This document shows, piece after piece, positions 22,243 through 34,606 of a stretch of 64,000 bases of DNA. Where the stretch lies: assembly GCA_032718475.1 (NCBI GenBank), contig JAUCBJ010006914.1, forward strand, positions 1 to 64,000, given 5' to 3'. Position numbers and translations under genes: made by a program. The DNA is from Nemertoderma westbladi. Taxonomy: Eukaryota; Animalia; Xenacoelomorpha. Position 1 is the first letter of the stretch. Each line of letters opens with the position of its first letter. The notes under the pieces are model-generated. The model did no database searches. It was given only the letters and a program-made list of their open reading frames with translations, and was not told the DNA's origin.

Positions 22243-25200
22243 ATGTCTGACACAAAGCAAAACCTGTCAGACAGTCTCCTAGATACAAGCATCTGTGACC
22301 CAGACAGGAGTGTGGAACGTGTGAGACTGAAGTTCAACTCACCTCCTACTGTGAGAAAGATCATCCCTCCAGTAGTGGTATCAGACCCTAGATAGTCCAA
22401 CACCGTAGGTCTATCATAGGCACTCGGGCTCAAGTCAAGCAGGACCAAGAAGCAGCTGTTAAACAGCAGCAACACTCGAGCCGAGAACTTATTTCTCAGT
22501 GGCCCGACAGCTCCAGTAGTTCGGATACTGTAGAGCTGACACCCGAGCGCGGAGCAAAGATGGCAGATGCAGTTTATTCGGATCCCCTTCTCATCCTTCC
22601 TGCAGCCGTACTCACTAGGGTATTGATTGCGGTGGAGGAACACCAAATTGATTGGGCGAGAAGTAAGCGATCGACCAAGGATAGTTATGCAGGATACACA
22701 AGGGAGGAACTGAAGTCTATTGTCGAGTCGCAATGGAACTTCCCCGGACCCGGACTCCCGTTTGACTTATCGGAAGCTGCCTGGGAAGACATACACAGGA
22801 TGGGAGTGACGAAAGACACTAGTGATCCAGCTGTGTGGAAGAGGTCGGCAGCAGGATATGTACAGGGATTCTTCAGCTCTTTGGAGCGATTAGAAGAACA
22901 ACTGTTTCGACAACCCCAAGGACCTCAAGAGTAGGGAGAGCTGCTTTATCAAGTTCGAGAAAGAATTCTAAGGATCAGACTAATCCTATCGGCCTTTGAG
23001 GAAGCTTCGAAAAGAAGACAAGACACGTCGTTGCAAGTTGCCGTAAAGACTTGGTTCCAGCGGGTGAGTCTCAAGGTTCAAGGAACGGCCCAGTGGAAAT
23101 TTCAGCTGGCTGAGCGCTCAACCCACAGAGAATCAACAGACGCTACCTTTTCTCAAGTGGAAAGCGAAGCGATAGCGGAGAAACCGCAGCAGAGGGACGC
23201 TATTGACATCTATCTGTCAGACTATCAACGATTCCTAGGTGACAAAGAGTTGAGGAGACGGCTGTCTGGACTTCGCCCTAATAGTGACGGAGCCAAGCTT
23301 GTGTTGGACGCAATAGATGCGGAAATGTTAGCTGCGAACCAAGCTAAATTTGATTAAAGCAGCCGCATCGCTAGGGTCCAAGAAGAACAAGTAAAGAAAA
23401 AACGTATAGAAGACAGAAAGACAGCAGCAGCAGCGGCAATGGCAGCGGCAGAAGCGGAAAGAAAGGTGGCAGAGGCAGTGGCAGAGGCAAAAGCGGCAGC
23501 TGCAGCAGTAGAAGCGGAAAGAAAAGCAGCAGCGGCAGAGGCAAAAGTGGCAGCGGCAGAGGCAAAAGCGGCAGCTGCAGCAGTAGAAGCGGAAAGAAAA
23601 GCGGCAGCGGCAGAAGCGGAAAGGAAGATAGCAGGGGCAGAAGCAGAACGAAGAGCATCTGAAGAGACCACCCAACTAGAGTTGGAAAATCTGCAAGAGA
23701 AGCAAGACTACATAGATAAACAGAGAACAGCTACTCAGTGGCAGCTGATAATTCGATCCACCCCCAAGCAACATGGCTTTACATCATCGGATGAAGGCGA
23801 TACAACAGATCCTGAAGGCGGAGGAAATAGATCTCGTCTCAGCAGGCGTAGAAGAATGCCCCACCGTCAGAAATTGCCTGATTTGCCCCCAGCTGTGAGA
23901 AGGCAACTAGCTAGCACAGACTTAGGTAGTACAGAACCCACAGACCAATTATTGTAGAAAGTCTCCCTACTATAGTAGATGAACCTGAAATAATTAGGCC
24001 TGTTCTCGAAGCCACCCCTTCGGTGATAGAGACACCTGTACTCCCAGAACCTACCTCTAAATTCCCTTTGCACAGCACTAAACTACCTGTGCCCAGCAGA
24101 ACCGCCCCTGAGACAGTTCCTGTCCTGGACTCCAAGCGAAATATCAACGATTTGTCGCCCGTGGTCCCTCGCCTGCCCGCTACTATGTTGGCGGCTCCCG
24201 CTTCGGCGGTCGAGTGGGTGGATGAGGGGCGGCGGGGGATGAATCTCCTGCTCGGGCAGATGCAGGAGACTGTTCATCAGTTTAAGGGAACTGTAAGGGA
24301 AAGTAGGTTAGAGTTGCAAGAAGTGCAGCAGAGTATCGCGTTAGAACGCGATAAATTAGTAAATACACAAAAGGGTATACCACCACCCCCTGTAACAATG
24401 TGTCAACCTGTTAGGTCTGAAGTATTTCATGCGCAAGGTGTGGAGCCTACACGCATCTATACTGCTAGTGAAGTGGAAACTCCTATAGTAAACCCTATTA
24501 AGGGTAATTCTAAACCTGTTGACAATGATATTCCATAGACCATAGACCCCATAGACCTCCATAGACCTGATCATAATCCGAGAAATTTATATACCGATAA
24601 CTCGATATTAAATAACACGATGGCCCAAGAAAGTTTTACGCGTCAAATGGCTAGAACCGAAGCCCGTCAAGCGGTAAAGGTGGGAGAGATCGTCAAGTTC
24701 AATGGAGATGAGATGAAATGGTTACCTTTTAATGAATATTACAAAGATAACATACAGAACTCTGTGCTATCTAACGGAGAGAAACTTAGATTCCTCATCG
24801 AGTGCTTGGAAGGATCTCCCAAGTTAATGGCGTTAAAGTTTATTGGACATCCAGATGGATTAAGACAAGTTTGGGATACACTGAACATCAGGTATGGTAA
24901 TAGGTAATAGCTAGGTATTTATATGCGAAATTAATGGCGCCCCGAAAGTTTCTTAGCAGCGGGATTATAGAGTTTTCCAACGAGATTCAGGAGATCTGTA
25001 GACAACTAGATTGGTTAGGTAAGTCTCATGAATACTAGAATTCTATGGTTGTAGGAGCCTTAGCATCTACTTTGCCCAAGGGCGGAGTAGGTACACGCTG
25101 GGACAAGAAAGTGTTATATATGATGGAACAACAACGAAGAGATCCTACCATGGCTGATCTCATGTCATTCTTAGATGGAGAGGTAAAATTACAGCTCCTA

Positions 25201-27265
25201 AAGCAGTCCAGAGAGAAGACACCGGAAAATAAGGTAAGTGAGAAACCCGTTTCTAGGAGAAAGGTAATACCAGTGTGTTATACAGACGACGGTGAAAGCC
25301 AGGCTTCTCAAGAGGAAGACAGTGGGAAAGACACTGAAAGATCTTACTATGACAACAAAGCGCCTAAGGACGTAAGTAAATTCAAGTCTCGAACCAATGA
25401 CAGGAGAGAACAGGTAAGAAAAACTCCTCCTACGACTCCTAAGAGAATTGATGGAAGAAAGCCCGAGGAAAGAACGAGTGTGCACAACGTTATCCAAAGT
25501 AAGGTAAGTAACATCAAACCAAAATGTGTGTTGTGCGATGGGCCCCACCGTTTAAGTGCGTGTGATGAATTCCTGAGGAAATCATTAAAAGATAGACGTG
25601 AACTCATGTGGGATAAGCGGTTGTGTTATAATTGCCTCAGACGAGGACACCAACGACGAACCTGTTACTCCGACACAAGGTGTGCTAAGTGCGGCGCAAA
25701 ACATCATATCTTGTTGCACACTGAATTCGAAAGAAACAGCCCGAGTCAGGTAAGTGAGTCCGAACTACATGTCCAATTCAGTGATGTGAACGACACTGAT
25801 CAAAGTTCTGAGATGGAAGGATTCTATACTGATAAATTCTCCGACGAAAACGAATCCTGTTACCTAATAAATACCGCAGTGTATCGAGCACTTACGTATG
25901 AGAAAGAAACCGATAGTGAGCTCCCCCCAACTGCTCCTGACCGACAACCATCTTGGAAAGCACCAACATCCAATGTAGGAATCCGAGAATTTCCCGTAGT
26001 GCAGTTGAGAGTCCACGGGCCTAAAAAGAGTTATATAGTGAACGCCCTCCTTGACTCCGGCAGCACACGAACATTCATCGACAAAGAACTAGCCGAAGAC
26101 ATCTTTGCTGGACAACCCAAGTTCCGAACTAAGTTGAACCTTGCAGGAATTATGCAGGTTTGGAAATCTACAGTAGTTACAGACTACTATGTAGGCGCGT
26201 TGTCCACCCCCCAGGATGAACTAGGAGAACACAGTATAAGGTCAGTAAAAATGGTGGTGATAAAGAACTTCGCTACCAGCCAAGTGGAACCTTATAACTG
26301 GGATGAGGACTATTTCACCCAGCAGCATAAGATACCTAGATTCAACACAGACTACCCTGGAGTGCAAATACTCATCGGCCAAAATGCGCATGAGGCGCTT
26401 GAGACATTGGAGAAACAGCCTGCTCAACCGCAACCACTGCAAACCTATGCGGGAAGAACAAGAGTAGGTTGGTACCTCACTGAACCTTCCCGTAGGACAC
26501 TCTTGGAAAGGCTACCCAAAGATCGGGTCCATAAGAAGAGAGTGAATGGGAAGAAGACATCAGTGAGGGAGACGACCCAACTGAGGGAACACCATACTCC
26601 TCAGATAATGGCGATATTAACTCCAATGTAGATCAATGGAGACATTGCCCCGAGACGATTAATCTAGCCGACATCGCTTCCAGAGGAGCAACTCCTCAAG
26701 AACTGACAGATACTCCAGACAGGTTAGGTGGACCCGACTTCCTAATTAAAGAAGATGAATGGCCTCCCCATCTTACCACGGCTGAGATTAGACAAGCCAA
26801 GGGAGCAGAGAAAGTCAAACCTAAATCCCGGACGAGTAAATCAAGGTTATTAAACCCGTGATAGATCTGTCTGTACAACACATTGCCAGGGCCAACACTG
26901 TGGATCTAAACTCCCCCACCGCGAACAGATCTGTTGTGGAGATCAGAGAGAGAGACTGGAGATCTGGAACACCAGACGTCTCGCAGGGACCCTCACCTCT
27001 CCTGCCGGGAGCGATGGACCACTATAGCTCCTGGAATCGGCTTTGTAAGGCCGTCGTGTATTTGAAGCGATGTTTCTATCGTCACTATTCCAGGACGAAG
27101 AGGAAACCTGGAATTGTCTTCGAGACACAGCAGCTCAATCGCCCAGTTGGTCGTTTATGTTTACTGGAAAGAGACAGAGAACTCTCCTGAAACTATGGAA
27201 GGCAAGATACTCTTCCCACGACCACCTCCCTAATCCAACCAACATCTAGGGACTCCCCAACGTAA
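22243..27265 (+). pseudogene. B1 gag-pol remnant (gag, three knuckles, protease, RNase H fragment, integrase tail)
   Basis: Colinear with B2, with many stops. VKFNGDEMKW, CVLCDGPHRLSAC/CYNCLRRGHQRRTC/CAKCGAKHHILLH, LLDSGS. Deletion junctions near 26620 (RT removed) and 27100 (integrase removed). Confidence 0.9.
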
Positions 27266-27789
27266 CAGCGTCTGGAGTGGGTGTGTGACTATATTATTTT
27301 ATATAATATGTTCTTATTATTTTATATTTATGTATGTATTATTATGTAATTTTATTCTAATCGTTTTCTTTAATTTTATTTAGTAGAATGTTATTTTAGC
27401 GATTATTTAGTAGATTAGTGCCATATATATATTCGCGTTTATTACTTAATTACTTATATATTATATATTTAGTGCGACGGCGAGAAATAATTCTTTTTCT
27501 CTTTATATTTTTTCTCTATTATAAATACGTGACTACAGTAAGATGAAATATCCGTACTTATTAAAGTACAATAAAGCTCCTACTATATTCAAGTATTATT
27601 GGTAAGTAGAGTATTAGGAATGCAAAATTCAGATCCTCGTGTCTCGGCTAAACCAAGCTCTGGGTAGACCTTGGAAACGACTTACCTCTTCTCACTGACA
27701 TTGCTTCTTGCGATATTGCTCTCATACAGTATATTAAATAATACATATAGTAGCGTGATGTCCCTTTAACAGTAGCGTAAAACGCAAAA

Positions 27790-28180
27790 TAAATCTGTTA
27801 AACCCTTTGACCATCTGTAATTCTAGTCGATTAAGATATTGCGGCACCCACCAATATACTTGAAAGACAAAATTCTAGAATCAGTGGTTAATGTCCCCAG
27901 ACAAGTTCTGGAATAAATTGGTGCCCATCTTAAATATTAACTATTAATATTTGTAAAATCTGTCAAATAAATACAATAGAGTAACTATTTACAAGTTAAC
28001 TCTAGAAAATCTAAAAATTAAAATCTGTAAAATTTAGATCCTTTAAAATTCTAGTCAATTAAGATATCGTAGCACTTACCGATACTCTTAAAAGGACAAA
28101 TTTCCTAGAATCAAGGATCCCAGTCCCCAGATATGTTCTGGAATAAAATTGTGTCTATTTTAATATTAAATAATAAAATT
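27790..28180. repeat. Diverged tandem duplication (~230-bp period) in the family B post-pol spacer
   Basis: AATTCTAGTCRATTAAGATAT...CTAGAATCA...GTCCCCAGA...GTTCTGGAATAAA occurs at ~27819 and ~28047. Also present in B2 (~36920-37330). Confidence 0.7.
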
Positions 28181-28968
28181 TACAGGAATAAATTTAAATT
28201 CATTTCTTTTAATGAATTTGATAAATTGTCATTTTTATACAATTTATAACATTCCCAAAATTCCATTAATTAATAGATCATGGGAGCGGATATTCACCCT
28301 ATTAAGTATATTAGTGTGCGATAATCTCCAATATATAGTCAATAGCCGATAAAATTCATAAAATCATGTATAAAGGGGATATTGACAATTAAAGAATTAC
28401 TATTAAATAGCATCCCAGATCTGTATGCATGAGAATTACCCTAATTCTACCGCTAGCTTTCCATAATGTCACCATGGCAACAACCACGCTAGAATTAGAA
28501 GTGAGTTAAAAGAACGATAAAGGCTTGCCCCATTGAATAGCATAAGGAATAAATAGCACACTGCTAGTATCCCAGGATACCCAATAATAACGTGGCATTC
28601 TGGAAGGCACTTGACTAACGGACAAATGGCCCAAATGTGTGCGGTTTGTGACAGTTGTGTGGAATGTGTGCGTTTATAGGTGAATGTTACTACTAAAGTG
28701 TGTTTACAGTAGCGAGTCCCAATTGTGAAAGTAGCCCTAACTCTCCAGTAAGAACCTGAAGTAAATCTAAGCCTTTGGGACGGACGGTGGAGTGACTCGC
28801 GCTGGTTGTGGAAGTCGTTGTGCAGCTACTATGTTGGCGATAGCCACATCGGCAAAAGTACACCAGCGCTGAGAATCTTACGCTGTCCGGGGGCCGAGAG
28901 GGGTAGGCAGCGACGCCCGCTAGCCTAATTATAACTAATTATAATATTGATAAACTCATATAGCAGCT

Positions 28969-30453
28969 ATGACTGAGTTGATAGAAGATGATCTTGGTAT
29001 CAGGGAGAAATATACTCTACCGTTGCAAGCGTTTGTTGATAGCTTGATATGCAGCGACACTAGTCCAACTACTACGGAGGATGATGGTCGTTATATCGAA
29101 CCGCCGATGTCCCAGGAGTAACTTACGCTTGAATTGGACTATCGAAAATTCACTGCTCGCTATACGCATCGTAATGGTACGCATATAGACTTCTTAACTG
29201 CTGGTCATCCTATCGATTTACACGATACGGATGATGTCGACACCGAAAGGGAAATGGTACTATTTAAATATCCTACCCAGCGGAGTCGGAACGATAACTG
29301 AAAATCGAATGCGAAAATTCTATTCGAAACGACTCGAAAGAGAAACGTTGTAAAACCGAATAAATATCACCAGCGTTTCCCCTACAAGACGTGCGTCTTT
29401 GGTATTATTGCGATAAATGCCCAAGATCCAACCAACAAACGGAAAGACATAAACATCCGCGGAGACGTTGCTTTAAACACGGTTTTACTCACTATATTTA
29501 CGGGAGTTTCGAGCGAAACTTGTTCGATGTATCACCTACGCTCGCTCGATTCAAACGATCCTTAAATAAACCCATGATCAGAGTTCCGGAATACTCGGTC
29601 AGACCTCCTCATTCCCTAGTTAGACCTCAGACTCTTGATCCTAATAGTATCACGGATCCTCCCGAACTGTACTCACTGTTCAAAGATCTTGTGTTACCCG
29701 AACAGTTAGTCGGTGGCACTCCGGTTGTGGGCTCCCTAAATATTCGCCCATCTTACCTAGTTGGATTGGGACGCGGACATCTAATATCGCCATTCAACCA
29801 TATCATCGTCCCGGTTTAACCCGATACAACCTGTCACCGAGGTGGAGGAGAGCGTTGTACGAAACGCGTTGGACACTATTCGTCAAAAGATCGGAAAAGG
29901 AACCTACAATTGTTTAGAGAAACGTAAATTGTAGCAGCAAGTCCAAGCGGTAAACGAATTAGCTTTATCTCAGTTCGATCAGGAAATCCAGAATCTAACC
30001 AGTATCGAACTTGGACGACTCTACTCTAAAAGAGTTTTAGACGAATGCTTCCAACAACAAGAGGAGGAAAATCAGCTCGAGGAGAAGCATATCGATTCCG
30101 ATAGAGCCCGAGAACGCGAGTTGAAAAGAATCATCAAACCGAGGAAATTTCTCACTACACACTGTCCACCTAATGCTCTTGTGCAGACGAATCGTCAGGG
30201 ACCAGTGGGAGCTGCTGTCTTAAAATGCGCTCTCAAGGTTGTTCGACCTCGTTCCACTGAGGTTGATATAGATCAACCAGGTACCTCAACCGGCGGATAC
30301 ATCGACCGTAATTCTAAACCTTCCGATGCAATTGTATTGCACCCTTCACCAAGGAGTTATAGCCCTCCTAGTAAAGTGGCTCGCCCCAAAGAGAAAAGGA
30401 CTCTTGCTAGCCTCAGAGAACTGCGTAAACGCCGTCCGCGCAAGAAAGACTAA
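28969..30453 (+). pseudogene. Family B accessory ORF3 (~490 codons), unknown function, B1 copy
   Basis: ATG at 28969 (MTELIEDDLGIRE...) to TAA at 30451-30453. ORF-track pieces 29391-29819 and 30121-30453. Homologous to B2 34607-36127, with disruptions at different places in each copy. Confidence 0.65.
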
Positions 30454-30531
30454 CTGTTTAGAGTATTTTTATATTTTAGAAACTGTGATTTTTTATATTT
30501 TATAGAATTAAATCCCATTTTCTGGGAGTGG

Positions 30532-31689
30532 TGTAAAAGCTATTGCGGAATTAGCTAGTCATTTTCCCCGCAAAGTACTCGGTAGGTGTTTTAGCGGACA
30601 TAAAAAGCCGTTTCCTTACTGTACCGGTGTTTTAGTGGACATAAAAAGCCATTTCTTCTGTATGTGTACTTTAGCGGACATAACTAGCGATTTTATGTCG
30701 CAATAAGCCAAAATACTCTTGATACAGTGCAGTTCAGATGACGACATCTATCAGCTGATATGTCCACGTGTAACTTTTTCTTTGTTCGGTCGACCAATCA
30801 GAGCGATTTTCTTTGTGTTGGACAGTGCATATAGAAACTCACGCAATTCAGTCAGTGTGTATTTTTCCTAAGCCTAGAACACCGGCTGTGGAATTATTCT
30901 GTGTTTGAGACTTTAGCCAAACATTAGAACGGTTTTGATCATAGAAACGTATAACTGTTATTCTGCCAAACTGGCATACAGCCCATATCATACCATACAT
31001 ACCTTTCAACGCATTATTTTACTGCTATTTACTGTCGGTTATTAATTGTATCAGTTGATGGAATATTGTTATATTTGGAGAATATCGATAAATAATTGTA
31101 AAACCCCAAGCTTATTGATATACTGAAGGTGAGAGACCGGTTACATATAGCAATTGCGACTTACATTATATTGGTTTTGGAGTGAATTTAATGCTATTTC
31201 ATAAGCCCTACATGTGTCGGTTGCTGTTCTCTTTATATGTGACTAAAATTAGTGAAGGTCGGCAGATCGGTGTGCAGCATTGTGCGGTAGTGTGCATGAG
31301 TTTGATAGATAACAAAGCATCTCCTAAAGAATGCGCTTTATACGTGAATCAATAGCCATCCTGTTGTGTTTAGTGTAAGTCATAACTCTGTTTACATACT
31401 TAGAGCGCCACGTCCAAAAGGAACTGTTGATATTTCCCGAAAGTGAATAATATTTGTCAGAGATTATATATTAACGATCAATCGAATAATACAGTAGGCC
31501 TACACAGCAATAAGGTCAGAGCTTCCGAATCCAGTCTCCCGGGTAAATCCAGCGGGTGAATGGTCGCGCATAGGCTGGCTTCGGCTAATGTAGTGTATCA
31601 AATACTTGTCATAGGCTAAAGTCGATTTATAACCTAGAAGACACCTAAATTTGGCAGGTTAAACTGCTAAAGGTCTAAAAGCGCGAACA
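30532..31689 (+). repeat. B1 3' LTR
   Basis: Preceded by PPT-like CTGGGAGTGG. Starts TGTAAAAG, ends GCGCGAACA, followed by the TSD CCCAT. Confidence 0.92.
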
Positions 31690-31840
31690 CCCATTGACTT
31701 ACCACATTTCAAGTTTGAAATTGCACAAGATATTTCACCTGCACTAACGTTAATGTCGGCACTATACCGTATCCCCGAAAATAAGTTATTCAGGTCTGAG
31801 GTTGCCTCGTCATTGGACTCATTGCTATTAGCGACAGAGA
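31690..31840 (-). mobile_element. Upstream continuation of the LINE ORF2 split by B1
   Basis: Minus-strand translation ...DLNNLFSGIRYSADINVSAGEISCAISNLKCGKSMG joins MGPDGIAP at 19172, restoring the typical LKxGKxxGPDGI motif. Confidence 0.85.
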
Positions 31841-31911
31841 GGAGTGGATGGCAAGATGTCCGGAGGAACGTCCGGAAGAGACGCCGGTCCGGTTGAGAGG
31901 CATACAGTGAG

Positions 31912-33292
31912 TTAACCCTATTAGTACCGGGCTATAAAATGTTGTACAAATACCGGGGGGGGGGGTCATATTGACCCCCCCACCCCCCCCCCCCCCCCCC
32001 CCCCCCCCCCTCTAAAATCTACAAATATTTACGAAAACGTCTGATTTTTTGTTTGTACGTAGGTATCACTTGTCTGGATCCGACCGAAAAAAAAGTTATT
32101 CGAAAAAATGTACTGGGGTGGTTATATTGCAGCACCAAAATTACAAGTAGTGCACAATTTTCACCAAATTTGAAAGTTACATTTTCGGCTAATTATTTTT
32201 CAATACAGGTTTTCTGGCGTGCAAAATACATTGGAAAATATTAAAAAATGATATGATTACTATAAATGGCTGTTTAGTCCTATCTGCGTAGGAAAAAAAT
32301 GAAAAAAACAAGTAACCAGCTATTTTCAGTTAGAACACAAAATTTTTAATTCACTTATACGATGCTATAAATTCACATTTTCAGGTTTTCAAGGGCGCTG
32401 ATTCTAATGGAATACATTTCTAATATGCCATATCATTGCTACTTGTATTTTTCGGCGTAATTTGGCAACTTTTGGTGCTAGCACCAAATTTCGTACCCAT
32501 CATCAAAAAGTACAAGTTTGCGATGTCCAGTGCTGTTTTTATTGATTCCATCGGATTCAGGACCCTCATAAACCCGTATAATGCAAGAAACAAGGTGATA
32601 CTATCTACTTATCAATTTGCATATTTTCCAAAATTTGGTGCTGGCACAACAATTTTCACCCACCGGCGAAAAATACAAGTTTGAGATCTCTTATGAAATT
32701 TTTACTGATTCCATTGAATTCAGAACCATCACAAACCCGTATAACGCAAGAAACAAGGTGACACAATCAATTGATATATTTGATGGTTTTCAAAATTTGG
32801 TGCTAGCACCACATTTTGCACCCACATCCGAAAAATACAAGTTTGAGATGTCTAATTCAATAATTATATTTTCTATTGAATTCAGAACAGCCATAAACCT
32901 CTAAAACGCAAGAAATAAATTGTAACAAGCAATTTTATCTATTGAATGGATTTTCAAAATTTCGTGCTAGCACCAAAATTTGCACACAGCACCTGAAAAT
33001 ACAAGTTTGATACGCTTTGTTCAACTCGTATATATTTCATCGAATCCAGAAACCCAAAAAACCCCAATTGCGTAAAAAACAAGTTTCAAACGATCAATTT
33101 ACAAAGTTGACTTATTTCAAAATTTGGTGCTGGCACCAAAATTTGGCACCCACCGAAAAAAACAAGTTTGAAATTTCTAAATCAATTTAAATGAATTCCA
33201 TCAAATTTCTAACACCAAAAAACCGGTGTAAATCAAAAATAGAGATGTTACAATTCATATTTAATGAAATGTAATTTTCAAAAAAACGTCTC
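31912..33292. mobile_element. Non-coding DNA-transposon-like element (TTAA-CCCT start) with internal ~163-bp tandem repeats; target of B2
   Basis: TTAACCCTATTAGTACC at 31912. A possible far end TAGGGTTAA lies at 49223-49231, after B2. Palindrome-bearing units TTTGGTGCTRGCACCAAA at ~32471, 32634, 32796, 32960 and 33123. Confidence 0.5.
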
Positions 33293-34528
33293 TGTTCGCG
33301 CTTTCAGACCTTTAGCAGTTTAACCTGCCAATTTTAGGTGTCCTCTTGTTTATAAATCGACTTTAGCCTATAACAATTATTTAATGCACATGAAGTAACA
33401 TTAGCCGAAGCCAGTCTATGCGCGATCATTCACCCACAGTTAAGGGAGACTGGATTCGGATGCTTTGACCTTATTGCGTTGCAGACCTACTGTATTATTC
33501 GATTGATTGTTACTATATAATCTCTGACAATATTATTCACTTTCAGGGAAATATTAACAGTTCCTTTAGGACGTGGCGCTTTAAGTATAAAACAGAGTTA
33601 TGACTTATACTAAACACAACCAGATGGCTAATGATTTTCGTAAATAGCGCATTCTTTAGGAGATGCTTTATTATCTGTCACAATGCTGCATACGATTTCA
33701 CACTGCTGCACACTGATCTGCCGACCGTCACTGAATTTGATCATATATAAGGAGGATAGCAACTGACACATGTAGGGATTATGAAATAGCATTTAATGCA
33801 CACTAAACCACTGTAATGTAAGTCGCAATTGCTACCGGTAACCGGTCCCTCTAACCTTTAGTAATCAAGAAGATTGGGGTTTTATGATTATTTATCGATA
33901 TTCTCCAAATATAACAACATATCCATCAACATATAACCATTAATAACAGACAGTAAACAGAAGTACAATAATGCGGTGATATTCAGCCAGTATCGTTAAT
34001 ACCGGTACCGCAGGTGCCAAGTGACCAGTTGTTATGGTTAGTTGCACAGTTGCACAGTGCAGCAGGGCCAGTAATGGATCCAGTCAGTCCAGAGATAATA
34101 GATTTACGTTCTTGTAATCAAAGCCATCTAATGTTGGCCAGATTCTGAAACTTCTAACACAGAAGTACAGAATAATTTCTAAGCAGTTGTTCTCGCTCAG
34201 AAAGGTAAAACCAAGACCGTCATGCATTGCGCGGTTTTCCGTAGGCCTCTGTGCAAAATAAAATGAAAATCGCTCTGATTGGTCGAGCGAGCCGAACAAA
34301 GAAAGTTAAGAAAGCTCCACATCGACATCAAATCAGCTGACAGATGTCGTCATCTGAACTACACTCTATTTAGAGTATTTGGCGTATTGCGGCATAAAAT
34401 GGCTTGTTATGTCCGCTAAAACACCTACAGGGTACATTGCGGAGAAAATGGCTTGTTATGTCCGCTAAAACAACTAAACAGTTTATTGCGGAGAAAAATG
34501 ACTGGTTATATCCGCAAAAGCTTTTACA
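33293..34528 (-). repeat. B2 3' LTR
   Basis: Near-identical to 47965-49200. Preceded on the minus strand by CTGGGAGCAG. Confidence 0.93.
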
Positions 34529-34606
34529 CTGCTCCCAGAAAATGGGATTTAATTCTATAAAATATAAAAAATCACAGTTTCTAAAATATAAAAATATTCT
34601 AAACAG

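Larger units (their letters stand above)
19173..31689 (+). mobile_element. BEL/Pao LTR retrotransposon, family B copy B1 (RT and integrase deleted)
   Basis: TGTAAAAG...GCGCGAACA termini. TSD CCCAT at 19168-19172 and 31690-31694. Inserted inside the LINE ORF. Confidence 0.93.

Noticed and set aside
23328-23675. Antisense Cys/Leu/Ala-rich ORFs here and at 44585-45028
   Set aside because: Shadows of the GCN-rich gag repeat.
28969-30453. ORF3 of either family as an envelope gene
   Set aside because: No signal peptide, fusion peptide or transmembrane anchor is visible in the translations.
34084-34299. Duplicated 71-aa ORF (also 48756-48971)
   Set aside because: It lies within the B2 LTRs, so duplication is expected. 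It is not conserved in the B1/B3 LTRs.
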